Source of the DNA: Malacoraja senta | Lineage: Eukaryota | Length of the DNA: 64,000 nucleotides | Assembly: GCA_038087875.1 (NCBI GenBank) | Contig: CM075989.1 | Coordinates: forward strand, 10,666,001 to 10,730,000 | Direction of reading: 5' to 3' | Shown here: positions 47,194-60,390 of the stretch, in pieces | How positions within the stretch are numbered: the first letter of the stretch is position 1 | How the letters are laid out: each line of letters opens with the position of its first letter | Notes under the pieces: generated by a model | Seen by the model: only the letters and a program-made list of their open reading frames with translations | What the model was told of the DNA's origin: nothing | The model's database searches: none | Translations under genes and position numbers: made by a program

Positions 47194-48188
47194 ATGAAAA
47201 AATCGTCTCCAGCTGTGAGTCCTCAAAGAACTGTCACAAGACAGCTGCTGAAAAGCCAGAAGAAATCTAAAGAATCTACCTCTGAAGGGGTCCCTGAAGT
47301 GGCTGCTGAAATGTCTACAAGGTCCAAGACTGATCTGGCTAAGGACAAAGATAAAGAATTTGAGGAATTAAAGAAATCGGTAAGAGATATGAAGGATGAA
47401 ATTTTGGATGAAAATAATAAAATGATGGAAAAAAATCAAAAGATGACGGAGAATATGAGTGCTGGTAATCAGAAAGTTATTGATTCAATTGGCACTATAA
47501 ACAAACTAATTGATGTGAAAGGAGAATTATCGGAGAGAATTGATCAGGTGGAAGAATCTACCTCGGACAAGTTCACGTCTGCTTGAAACTGGCTTCAAAT
47601 ATGTCTACAATCATAGAATTGGAGAGAAATATGGCTCGAATGGCTGAAGATATGGAGAGAATGAGGCAAGAACAGGATCAAACTACAAGACAGATGGCGA
47701 CTCATCTGGTGAGAGTTTCGGACAGATGCCTTGATCTGGAAGCTCGTTCGAGACGCCAAAATTTAAGATTTCTTGGAGTGTCAGAGGGAGCTGAGGGAAC
47801 GGACATTCGTGAGTTTGCTATGGGCTTACTCAAACAACTGCTTAATCTCCCCACTGAACCGAAAATTGAAGTGGCACATCGAGTACCGAGATTTATACCA
47901 AGATCACAAACAAGATCAGACCATCTACGACAGATTATCGTGAAATTTCGGGACATTTCAGAACTTGAAGAGGTGATGAGGAAAATCAAATATGGAGTGC
48001 AATTGATGTTTGATAATGACTCTATCAAAATATTCAGGGACTATCCTTATGAAATTGTACAAAAGCGAAATCAGTTCACAAAGGCAAAAGACATTACCTA
48101 TAAGGGAAAGGAGAAATCATTCATAAACCCGGAGGCTGCGTACAAATATGCCCAGAGCATCGTGGAAGAGAATGCTGCTCAAAGATAG
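47194..48188 (+). pseudogene. L1 ORF1p (coiled coil + RRM), frameshifted
   Basis: DLEARSRRQNLRFLGVSEG, AHR, IIVKF, IFRDY motifs; frame break near 47585. Confidence 0.9.
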
Positions 48189-49115
48189 TCGCGGGAAGGT
48201 ATGGATGATATGGACAAATCTTTCTCTTTATTATTCCACAGTTAATGGCTGAACAGAAGGGAAGAAACATTTCTTTTAGTACTTAAAAAAACAACTAAGA
48301 TGGAGAATTCTTCCATGTGCGTCTGTCTAGACTCTTTATCTGTGGAATTTTAACTCGAGGACATTCCGTGTTCCAAGCGAAATAAGCAGAGAATAACAGG
48401 GGAACGATGAACCGAAGAGCAGAATACATCAGAAGCAATGATGACTGTTTAAGAGATTAAAATACTAATTTAAATCGTAAAGAACTAATCCTTTTAACAA
48501 TTTAACAATATTAATATAGAAATAGTAATGGACGCTAACAAGAATCAACAAATTTAGGAACTAACACAAAAAATTTACTAATTTTAAGCCTTATCTATAA
48601 TGGGGGGGAGGGGAGGAGAAACGAGCACCTGGCTTAGATCCAGGAGTACGTTTCATGTTAACCCCTTCAACCAACAGTTGATTATTATTGAAGGTAAAAT
48701 CATTCGTTTAAACACTTAGTAGATAAAATTGTTATATATATATATGATATGTTATAACGAAATATATATGGTAAATGTGTATTATATATCTGATTTTGAG
48801 GTCCCGTCCCACTATGTTACGAGTAATCAAGGGAGCGGAGCTAATTGTTTAACATCGACAATGGAAGTCGATACAAGGTTTTCTCCCACCTACAGGTGGG
48901 CCACTTGTTACAGTGTCGAAAATTTTAGACACTATTTTCACTTTTTCAATTTTCTTTTTACTATCACATCAAGTCACATGTTAGTGTTTTTTGTTTAGGG
49001 ATAATTGCAAAAGGGATATACCAACTGAACTTAGTAACGTAAAGGTTCCCCCAATATCTAAATACCTGAGGTTATGGACGCACCGTAAGATTTAAGGGTA
49101 TTATAACCATTCAAA

Positions 49116-52100
49116 ATGCAAGATGTTATACAAAAGAAGATAGGTGTCACATTCTGTAGTTGGAATATAAGAGGTGTTAATGAACCTATTAAAAGGGGTA
49201 AGATATTAGCTCAGCTGAAATTGTACAATACTGACATCATCTTTTTACAAGAAACCCATCTCAGATCCCAGGATCAGGCTAGATTGAGGGCGAATTGGAT
49301 AGGCCAAATATATCATTCTTCATATACTTCAAAATCTAGAGGTACGTCAATCATTATTCGTAAAGGCATACCATTTAAAGCAAAGAATACCATAACAGAT
49401 AAGGAAGGGAGATATTTGATAGTTACCAGAGAGATCCACGCTACCCCAATTACCTTGGTAAATATATACGTGCCTAACTTTGATAACCCTAATTTTTTCA
49501 ATAAAATTCTGAATATAATTGCAGAATCTAATTACCAAAATGTTATAATAGGAGGAGACTTTAACTGTGTTTTAGATCCGTATTTAGATAAATCTAGGCA
49601 AAAACAGAGGGGTAATACGAAATCTAAAACTAGTGAACTCTTAAATACTTACATAAATAATACTAATATAACAGATGTTTGGAGGATCGCTAATCCGACT
49701 GGCAGGGAATACTCGTTTTATTCAATGGTACACAAAACACTCACGTACAGATTATTTCCTGGTGGATACAAAATTAATCCCCTATACTTTGAACCCAAAA
49801 TACCATACCAACTCGATCTCAGATCACTCCCCGCTAACTTTCTTTTTAAAACTGGAAGGAATGTCTAAGAACAAATCGTTTTGGAGGTTTAATCCTGAAA
49901 TTTTAAAAGACACGCAAGGGAGTATATATCTAAAAAAACAAATGGACCTCTTTTTTGAAATAAATGACACTCCAGATATATCGCCCACTTTATTATGGGA
50001 ATCTTTCAAAGCATTTATTAGAGGCGTTATAATTTCATACCAAGCTTTTCAAAATATATAGAATAAGAACGAACAAAGACAGAAGAACAAATTAGACAAC
50101 TGGATATAGATAATGCTAAAGATCCAACTATGGATAAACAATAAAATAACAATTCTGAAATTTAAATTAAATAAATTATTATCAGTTAAACTTATAAGAC
50201 TATTCCAAACTACAAGACAGGAACACTTTGAATTTGGGGATAAACCACACAAACTCCTGGCTCGTCAGCTTAAAAAACGAGAAAAAGAACACACAATTCA
50301 AAAGATTAACTCAGACCGAGGGGAATCATTAACTTTACCGAATGATATTAATAAAAGATTTGCGCAATTTTATGAGAATTACTACACATCCAAAACGACA
50401 ACGGACACCAATAAAATCACAGAATTCTTGGACAACTGTAACCTTCCAAAATTAGAGTTGAAGGAACAAGAGGATCTGGGTGCACAAATCTCATTTAAGG
50501 AATTAGAAGATACAATAACTTCATTAAAGAATGGAAAAACTCCAGGTCCTGATGGATTTAGTAATGAATTTTATAAACGTTTTTATGACAAAATTATACC
50601 ACGTTTACAGAAAATGTATAAATACGCTTTTAAAGAACAAACATTACCTGATACACTAGCTGAATCAACGATCATATTAATACTTAAAAAATACAAAGAT
50701 ATAAAAGAACCCGGTTCATATAGAGCTATCGCATTGTTAAATACAGATCAAAAAATATTAGCAAAAACATTAGCTAGAAGATTAAGTAAGTATGTTAGTA
50801 AATTAATAAATCCAGATCAAACGGGGTTTATCACTAAGAGACATTCATCTAATAATCTGAGACGTCTGCTCAATATAATGCACTCACACAAAACCGAAGA
50901 ACAAGAATTATCAATTATTTCGTTGGACGCAGAAAAAGCATTTGATCAAGTAGAATGGAATTATATGGTTAAAGTATTACAAAAAATTTCAATTGGGAGA
51001 GAATTTCATCCTATGGATTAAATTATTATATAATAAGCCTACAGCTAGAATATTAACTAATAACAAATTATCTACGAAATTCCAATTATCAAGGGGTAAT
51101 AGACAAGGATGCTCATTATCACCACTGTTATTTGCTCTTATAATTGAACCTTTAGCGGAAAGAATTAGAACACATCCGAATATCCATGGCTACAACACTA
51201 AATATTCAAATAATAAAATATCTTTATACGCGGATGATATATTATTGTACATCACAAAACCTCAAATTACTATACCAAACATATTAAATTTAATTGAGGA
51301 TTTTGGATCCTTTTCTGGATACAGAATAAATTGGAATAAAAGTGAAATTATGTCAATAAAACCGAAAGACTCAACACACCTCTTAAAATTTCCTTTTAAA
51401 ATAGCTACAGAAAAATTTAAATACTTGGGTATTGAAATTACCAGAAAATATCAAGGCATGTTCAAAGCAAATTATAATCCTCTACTTAAGAAATTAAATA
51501 CCTTAATTAAATTCTCAGAAAACGCTTCTGATGTCTTTAATAGGTCGAATAAATGCAATAAAAATTATTTTTTTACCACAAATTCTATACCTATTCCAAT
51601 CAATTCCTATATACCTACCAAAAAAGTTTTTTTTTAAATTGGATTCAGACATTACAAATTTTATATGGGATTATAAATCCCATAGAATACAAAGAACACA
51701 TTTGAACAAACCTAAAGTAATAGGTGGCTTAGCACTCCCTAACTTTATGTACTATTATTGGTCAGTAAATATTAAAAATATGATTCAACTGATGGACAAC
51801 TCTGCCCAGCAGGTGGATTGGATTATAATGGAGAGAGAGGACTGCTCCTCTTGTAATATTGGAGCGATCCTTCTCTCACCAATGAAGCTGAATAACATAA
51901 ATTATAACAAAAATCCAATCATACATAGTACAATTAGAACTTGGAAACAAATAAAACATAATTTAAAATTAAGAAATCTATCGCTTCTATCCCCAATAGT
52001 TAATAACCCTTCGTTTAAACCCTCGATTATAGATAAATCATTTATACAATGGGAAAGATTAGGAATTAAAACGCTTGGAGACGTATGAAACTGGAAAATT

Positions 52101-52895
52101 ATTATAATTCAAACAATTACAACTAAAATATAATCTGGGAAACAATCAATACTTTAAATATTTCCAAATATGTGATTATTTGAAAAAATATACAAAAGAT
52201 TATTATAATATGCCACTAGATTTACTGGACGAAGCAATGCAGATAAAAGCTGAATCAGCAAACTTAATATCTTATTTGTATAATATTATTTTAAATGTAG
52301 AAATACCATCTACGGAAGGTATTAGAAGAGACTGGGAACAAGAATTAGCTATTAAAATCTCAAAGGAGGTGGAATGAACATTTATTAAATGTGCACAAAT
52401 GCTCTATTAATGTAAGACGTACTTTAATACAATTCAAAATTTTACACAGATTATATTACTCAAAAACCAAAATTAGTTTTAAAAATCCCAATGTATCACC
52501 TATCTGCGATAAATGTCAGTCTCAAGAAGCGACTATAGCGCACTCATTTGTTTTTTGTACAAAAATTCAAACGTTTTGGATTGAAATTTTTGAAATCTTT
52601 ACAAAATTATTTAAAATAAAACTGATACGAAAAGCAGAATGGATTATCTTTGGAACAACGGAAGGTAGCCCTGAACTAAATGTGTTTCAAAAGAACCTAT
52701 TTGATTACGCGTTAATAGCTGGAAAAAAGCTTATCCTAAAATTCTGGAAAAAATGCTCCAATACCAACTATAAACATGTGGATTTCAAACATGTTTGAAA
52801 CATTACACCTGGAAGAGATAAGACTCCTCCTGGCAGGCAAATCAGATCACTTCCATAGTACGTGGTCTTCATTTATAGAACTTCTACAAGCATAA
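49116..52895 (+). pseudogene. L1 ORF2p (APE endonuclease, RT, CCHC knuckle), multiple frameshifts
   Basis: WNIRG, LQETH, GGDFN, SDH; PGPDG, SLDAEKAFD, RQGCSLSP, YADD; CDKC...H...C. Confidence 0.95.
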
Positions 52896-54773
52896 GGTGC
52901 AAAAGTACTTTTAAAAGGTACTGATGTCAGGACTTGGTAAAGGGGGATGAAAGGTGGCGAGTTGGTATATCCCATTTGCTTGAAGTTCATAATAGAGTAT
53001 CTGTTTTTTTTTTCTCTTTTCTCTTTTTTCTTCCCTAGGGTCTATCTCTTTTCTCTAATTTCTCTTCTTTAGGGTCTTTATTCTTTTCTTTCGTCACGCT
53101 TTTACACTAACACTAATTTCTTTCACTTTCTCCTTCTTAATTTCAACCTTTTCTTTTTATTATCTTTAAAAAATGAAGGAGTACATTAATTGTAATAAGA
53201 TATACGTGATGTGTACTAATGTAATTGTTTGTAATTTAATGTACTTCTAATAAATAAAATTAAAAAAAATAAAAATAAAAAAACATCCACCGCTTCTCCG
53301 ACCCTCATCGCCGATCCCAGGCCTGGACCACCGAATCTACAGCCGCCTCCCCGAGGCTGCTGCCGCTGACCTTCACCACCTCCCCGGGGCAACCGACGCC
53401 GCCTCCGGCTGACGCTTTGTTCGCTAACCCGTTTAAAAAAAATTATACAGTCTGAAGAAGGATCTCTTCCCGAAGTGTCACCCATTCCTTCTATCCAGAG
53501 ATGCTGCCTGTCCCGCTGAGTTACTCAAGCATTTTGTGTCTATTTTCAGTGACAACCAGCATCTGCAGTTCCTTCCTGGGCCTTTCTTTGATATCCTCCT
53601 GAGAATATGAACTTCTATTTAGCATCCCAGCTGAAAGGCACCGCATCCAATGCAGCAGCATTCCCTTACTGCTACAACAGGCGCAGCAGCCTCACCTTTT
53701 GTACTCGAGTGGGACTTGAACTCATCTGACTCAAGATTGCGTGCTATCAGTTTACCACAGTGTCAATGGTGCAGACATACTGCATGGTTCCCAGCAGCAG
53801 CTTGCCTTTACCCAAAGCCAATTAGATGTGAGGAGCAAATGCTGGCTGTGTCAGTGACATATTCTATGAGTGAAGTTTTATCTTCCCAGAACAAAGACTC
53901 GACTGGCCCCCAAACAGGTTGCAGCAGTGATGACTGCTGTCAGTGAATCATATTATTAAAATAAAACTTATTGTGTGTCCCCCAGCATTGAATGATCTGT
54001 TTTGAAGATCAAAAAGACAGCAGATATTTTTCCATATTTTTTGCACTTGCATATGGGAGTCTGTAGTAGCAGGCAAGAATTTCTGCTTATCTTCCTGTTC
54101 TCCGGATTGGAGTGATTCATGAATGGTTTCAGTCAGCTGCCAGCGTTAAAGAAGGTTATTTTCCTCTTGCTTTGACTCGCTGCCAGTAAGGCGAGTTAAA
54201 TGTTCTATTTTGGGGCATTTTAACCTTGCCGCTGTCAATTCCTGCGCTATACCTTCTGTTTATTTTACCACACTGCATCATTGCTGCTTGTTTAGAATGG
54301 ATCGTTTTAAGACTTGAGTACACAGTTTGTTCAGCCAATATATCTCGGCACTTTTGCAGCTAGAATTGCCTATTATTCTTCCTGAATTAATAGTGTTTTT
54401 TCCAGTTGACAGGGAATGCTGATATCGGTGGCTATCATAGTAGACATTCACAGATACTTTCTATCCACACTCCCATTATGCCAAACATCAAACTTTGTGG
54501 ATTGGATTTTATGGGTTTACAAAGCTGGTTACAAATGTTCTGGAGTGTAAGAAGATAAGTGTGAATTGATGCTTATGTCCACTTCAGCACAGTGGCATTC
54601 ATTGAAAAAGAAAAAAATGAGGCTCATTTGCAATTGATTTCGCTTGAAATAACTGATGCGAGAGACCGGAACTTTAGTGGTCCAAGGACACAAAACCCTT
54701 ATTTAGTACAGTCGAGTTTCCTCTGGTGTCAGAAATTTATGGGTTTCATCCCTACTGCTAGAGTTGACATTTC

Positions 54774-55073
54774 GTTTAGTTTAGAGATACAGTGCGGAAA
54801 CAGTCCCTTCGGCCCACCGGGTCCGCGCCGACCAGCACATGACCCGCACATTAACACAATCCTACACCCACTAGGGACAATTTACACATTTACCAAGTCA
54901 ATTAACCTGCAAACCTGTACGTCTTTGGAGTGTGGGAGGAAATCAAAGATCTCGGAGAAAAACCACGCAGATTACGGGGAGAAGGTGCAGACAAGCACCC
55001 GTAGTCAGGATCGAACCTGGGTCTCCGGCGCTGCATTCGCTGTAATTTTACCGCTGCGCCATCGTGACCGCCG
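54774..55073 (-). mobile_element. tRNA-derived SINE with CR1-type 3' tail
   Basis: Minus strand A box TGGCGCAGCGG, B box GGTTCGATCC, core CTCCCACACTCCAAAGAC, tail GGGCCGAAGGGACTGTTTCC...(CTAAA)n. Confidence 0.85.
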
Positions 55074-55471
55074 TGACGTAAATCCAGGGTGATGCATCCA
55101 TTGCAATACTGAGGGAGTGCTGCATTGTAGATGGTGGCATTTTTCAAACGTGGTTAAAACAAGCAGCCCTCTCAATTAAAAAATCCCACCACAGTTTCAA
55201 AGGGGAACAGGAAAGTACTTTACAAAATCCTAAATTGACCTGAGTTTTTTTCCAGCATTCTGTGGACAAAGAAACAGAGTTAAAAAGGTTAAGATCAATA
55301 ATTCAACTCTTTTGGTCTTTGCAGATTGCTGCCAGAATTTCTGAGTACTAGCAGCATTTTTTTAATACTTCAAATTCCCAGCAACTACTGTTTCTTTTTT
55401 GCCTTTTTATTATAGTTGTGTGGGATCTTGCTGTGCACAAATTGTTTGCCACAGAGCTTACAAAACAGTGA

Positions 55472-55983
55472 TACATAGATACATAGAAAATAGGTGCAGG
55501 AGTAGGCCATTCGGCCCTTCGAGCCTGCACCGCCATTCAATATGATCATGGCTGATCATCCAACTCAGTATCCCGTACCTGCCTTCTCTCCATACCCCCT
55601 GATCCCTTTAGCCACAAGGGCCACATCTAACTCCCTCTTAAATATAGCCAATGAACTCGCCTCAACTACCCTCTGTGGCAGAGAGTTCCAGAGATTCACC
55701 ACTCTCTGTGTGAAAAAGTTTTTCCTCATCTCGGTCTTAAAGGATTTCCCCCTTATCCTTAAGCTGTGACCCCTTGTCCTGGACTTCCCCAACATCGGGA
55801 ACAATCTTCCTGCATCTAGCCTGTCCAACCCCATAAGAATTTTGTACGTTTCTATAAGATCCCCTCTCAATCTCCTAAATTCTAGCGAGTATAAGCCAAG
55901 TCTATCCAGTCTTTCTTCATATGAAAGTCCTGACATCCCAGGAATCAGTCTGGTGAACCTTCTCTGCACTCCCTCTATGGCTA
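55472..55983 (-). mobile_element. Young CR1 3' fragment
   Basis: ORF 55565-56014 encodes CR1 ORF2 C-terminus (LSYEERLDRLGLYSLE...FFTQRVVNLWNSLP). Confidence 0.93.
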
Positions 55984-56459
55984 TAAGCTTGATCAAGCTT
56001 GTAAAATATTTCATTGCCTTTAAAGTGAGTAACCCAGGGGTTTCAAAAGATGCCGAAGAATTGAGTCTGCTTATATTTACAGGTGCACTGTATTCTTAAA
56101 GGAGTCGAAGTACTCTACAATGTTCCGTTAGACATAATGAACAAGCGATCAAGGTAGGAACTTAATGCAATAGTCATAAGTTCTAAACTTTTAAATGCCT
56201 AAAATGTTTTAAAATGCTACTAATGTCTTTTTAAACCATTTTACAGCAAGCTACTCTTAAATAGATCTGAACGTGGTCATTATAAAGTAGGAAACAATCT
56301 GAAAGGGATCTTTGAGTGGGATAATGGTTGAAACGTTACGTGTAGAGGTTGGAGATCTTTGGTATTTCTCACTTTCTTGCTGGAAATTCTCTTTGTGTTG
56401 GGAGAAAGGGAGCTCCTGTACTTCACTGGGTTGATCCCAAAACTGCTACCGAGCAGTTA

Positions 56460-56895
56460 CTGGGAATGGAGGGCTTGAGTTATAAAGAGATACTGGAGAG
56501 GCTGCAGGGTTTTTCTCTGGGATGTAAGAGATTGAGGAGTGACCTCATTGAGGTATATAAAATCTAGAGATGCATAGATAAGGTGAATGGTCCCAGTCTT
56601 TTTCCCAGGATAGGGGAGCCCAAACTAGAGACCTTAGATTTAAAATGAGAGGGGAAATGTTTAAAGGCAGTCTAAAAAGCACCTTTTTCACAAGGAGGGT
56701 GGTGGGTATGCTGAATGAGTTGCCCGAGGAAGTAGCAGAGACATTGCTTAAAGGACATTTAGACAGGTACATGGATATGAAATGTTTAGCGGATCTGGGC
56801 CAAAACCAGGCAAATGGGACCAGCTCTGTTGGGTATCTCAGTTAGTATGGGCGAATTGGGTTGAAGGGTCTGTTTCTGTGCTGTACAACTCTATT
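56460..56895 (+). mobile_element. Older CR1 3' fragment
   Basis: LSYKEILERL...FFTRRVVGMLNELPEEV. Confidence 0.8.
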
Positions 56896-57789
56896 GCTAT
56901 ATATTCTGGCACATTTTAGTGGAGCTTGCTAACCTACATTGGCTCACAGCTGCACACCCTATAAAACTAAAGATTAAAAAAAACATGTTCAAGTCCCACC
57001 AATACCTATTCACTGATATGTTTCCCAACCCTGCAAACTTTTCCAATTCTGAAACAATGCTTTCTTTCTTTCCATTGCTCCACCATTGGCCACTGTGCTT
57101 TTAGCTGCCTGGGCCATTGGCCCTGGAATCCCAGCCCTAAACATCCCTGAATCTTCCATTTTAAATGCTCCTTTACAAAACATCTATCCCTTTGACCAAA
57201 CCTTTGGTCACTAGGCCAAATATCTCCTGGGGGAGGTTTAGTCACCTATTTATTTGATAATACTCATATGAATGGGTTTATTCAAATACATCTCTGTGAA
57301 TGCATTGTATAATGAGGCCCCAAACTGGATGCAGTGTCTGTATCTCTCCAAGCAGAGTTGACATACATTTTGTAAAAGAAAAAGTGGGGTAAAAATTCAA
57401 CCGTGTTATTAATCTATCATGGTTCAAAATGTGTATCTCAGTCTTTGACTGTTCCACTTTCTGTCCACCTCCTATAATCCTGGATCTCTTCAGCAATGGT
57501 TTTGTGCAAAACACCAGATGTCCAGCAGTCTGAAGAAGTGTCTCGACCTGAAACGTTGCTTATTTCCTTCGCTCCATAGATACTGCCTCACCAGCTGAGT
57601 TTCTCCAGCATTTTTGTCTACCTGAGATGTCCAGCAGGTGTCTCTGTTGTTCTGCGGAGAACAAATCTTATCTGACACTTGAGGGCTTGAGACACTTAAG
57701 ACCATTTCAGCTTGTTCCACCATTCAGTGAGGTCATGGCTGAACTGTAACCCTAAAGTCACATCAAGTCAGGTTATGCGAAAGTACGGT

Positions 57790-58321
57790 CTCCAAATCTG
57801 AGGAAAGACATTCTTGCCATAGAGGGAGTACAGAGAAGGTTCACCAGACTGATTCCTGGGATGTCAGGACTTTCATATGAAGAAAGACTGGATAGACTCG
57901 GTTTGTACTCGCTAGAATTTAGAAGATTGAGGAGGGATCTTATAGAAACTTACAAAATTCTTAAGTGGTTGGACAGGCTAGATGCAGGAAGATTGTTCCC
58001 GATGTTGGGGAAGTCCAGAACAAGGGGTCACAGTTTAAGGATAAGGGGGAAATCTTTTAGGACCGAGATGAGAAAAACATTTTTCACACAGAGAGTGGTG
58101 AATCTCTGGAATTCTCTGCCACAGAATGTAGTTGATGCCAGTTCATTGGCTTTATTTAAGAGGGAGTTAGATGTGGCCCTTGTGGTTAAAGGGATCAGGG
58201 GGTATGGAGAGAAGGCAGGTACAGGATACTGAGTTGGATGATCAGCCATGATCATATTGAATGGCGGTGCAGGCTCGAAGGGCCGAATGGCTTACTCCTG
58301 CACCTATTTTCTATGTTTCTA
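57790..58321 (+). mobile_element. Young CR1 3' fragment
   Basis: ORF 57861-58232 near-identical to the inverted copy at 55472-55983. Confidence 0.93.
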
Positions 58322-58485
58322 GTACAGGCACAATAAAAATTTGCTTGCAACAGCATCACAAGCACATAAACTTGGATAACAGTCAAAGCATAAATTGTAC
58401 ATAACATATACATACATTTTTCAAGTTGATAAAAAGAGTGTGCAAATAAATAAACAAGTCCATAACAATGCAAGAGGTGAAGGTG

Positions 58486-58870
58486 GAGGGGATGGAGAGA
58501 GAGGAACAGCAAGGGCTACTTGAAGTTAGAGAAGCCAATGTTCATACCGCTGGGGTGCAAGCTACCCAAGCGAAATATGAGGTGCTTGCACCCCAGCGGT
58601 ATGAACATTGACTTTTCTAACTTCAAGTAGTCCTTGTTTTCCCTCTCTCTCCGTCCCCTCCCCCTTCTCAGTTCTCCTACCAGTGTTACTGTGTCCGACT
58701 ACATTCTCCCTATGTCCCGCCCACTCCCCTGACATCAGTCTGAAGAAGGGTCTCAACCCGAAACATCATCCATTCCTTCTCTCCAGAGATGCTGCCTGTC
58801 CCGCTGAGTTACTCCAGCATTTTGTGTCTACCTTCGATTTAAACCAGCATCCGCAGTTCTTTCCTACACA
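58486..58870 (+). mobile_element. Penelope-like 3' end with inverted duplication and terminal repeat
   Basis: 77-nt inverted arms 58486-58562 / 58584-58660, then hammerhead-like core 58740-58767 and GAGATGCTGCC...CAGTTC end. Confidence 0.8.
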
Positions 58871-60079
58871 CTTCCAGTCACGTGTTCTCTGCCTAAGAAG
58901 AGAATAGTTTTGAAAGGCGACGACTGTTGTAATGAGGCTGATTTGTGCACAGCAAGCTCCCAATGGGTTGTAATGCCACAAAGACCTGAAAACCAGAGAC
59001 CAGGGGCATAGTGGTTGTAATAAAAGCACAAATATTTCAATCCAGTCAGAATCCTGTATCTCTGTAGTCCATGAGGTGGCGCCCAGTGCCGTGGTTTGAT
59101 CATCAAACATCCTGGGTTCAGAGTTGATCCTCGGTGCTTCACAAGCTCCAGACATTGTTGATGTTGGTTAATCTCCAACTACTGTCGGCACCATCCCCCA
59201 GATGTTCTGACCTGCTTGCTTGACGCAAAGAGGCAGCAGAACAAAAACACAACCTCTGGGAGGAATGATGTTGCCTCCACCCACCGATTTGTACAACAGG
59301 CCTGTGGGTGAATTCCACTGTGCAGATGTCACAACCTCAGATTTTTTAAAGTGATATAAAAAATGCTAATATTATTTTGTGATATAATACTTTCACTTGG
59401 GGTTGAGGGATTACAGTAACATTAATGTAACAGCTAACACCCAGCCTTTTTCTTTTCCCCTCTGTACTTGGCCCTACTTAGACTTACGACTGTCCCGTAG
59501 TGTGTCTGCGAACAATTCGATGAGATACAACTTCTGTTGACTGACCAGTCCACCCTTCTCCACTGCAGCCCCGTCTCGCATGTCTGCCTGCTGATTGAAT
59601 TGATCACTTTTCCTGACTTCAGAGTGTTTAGTTTTAAAATACACCATTTGCCATAAACAATTGTAACTTTAGCTTCCTCTTTGACCTAACCTCTCTCTTT
59701 CTCTCAGTTGGGTATCTGTCACTTCTCTTTGATACAGTTTTTAATGGCAACGTCATAATTTCTGAATTATATCTCGGGTGGCCAAACGTAATTTCAATAG
59801 TTACTATGGTATTACTTCACTTCAATAAAATTTCAGAAAGGAGGGACAACAATGGGGGCTATTCCAGCTGAGGAAATAAAAATACTTCCCAGCATCTGTT
59901 CTCTATTCATACACACAGCTTCAATATGTGCTTGTTTGCATAACTGAACCCATGTCTGTGTGGACTTTTTCTCAAATGGTTCTAACTCAACAATCTTGGA
60001 GTATTTGGAGCCTTTTTTCTGAAAGTATTTTAAGGATTTTAACTCCGAGGATATTCAAAAACAACTAGTCAGACACATG

Positions 60080-60390
60080 TCCACTCTCTCTTCTCTCTTT
60101 CCCCCTTTCTTCCTGCCTTTCTCGTTCTCTTCCTCTCTTTCTCTTTCCCTCTCTTGCTTTCATTGAAGCACTCTCTTCCCCATCTTTCTCCCTGCCCCTG
60201 TCCCTCCTCTCATTCTCTCCCTCTTTCTCTCTCTCCTCCCCATTTTTCTTTCTCTCCTCCCCCATTTTTCTTTCTCTCCTCCCCATTTTTCTTTCTCTCC
60301 TCCCCCATTTTTCTTTCTCTCTCCCTGCCTCTGTCTCTCTTCTCTTTGCTGTCCCTTGTTCTCCTCCCCCCCCCCCTCTCTCTCTCTCTG
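60080..60390 (+). repeat. Polypyrimidine CT-rich tract with short tandem unit CCCCATTTTTCTTTCTCTCCT
   Basis: Directly visible; ~4 tandem copies at 60235-60325. Confidence 0.9.

Larger units (their letters stand above)
47016..53280 (+). mobile_element. Full-length, disabled L1-clade LINE (~6.3 kb)
   Basis: Exact 13-bp TSD AAACATCCACCGC (47003-47015, 53281-53293); ORF1, ~930-bp spacer, ORF2, T-rich 3' UTR, AATAAA and A-rich tail. Confidence 0.95.
46690..53580 (+). mobile_element. Penelope-derived element split by the L1 insertion (pieces ~46690-47015 and 53294-53580)
   Basis: GC-rich sequence on both sides of the TSD; ends in a terminal repeat with hammerhead-like core 53452-53479; left boundary approximate. 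Confidence 0.55.

Noticed and set aside
54990..55073. tRNA-like A and B boxes
   Set aside because: Head of a SINE; no complete cloverleaf and continues into SINE core and tail
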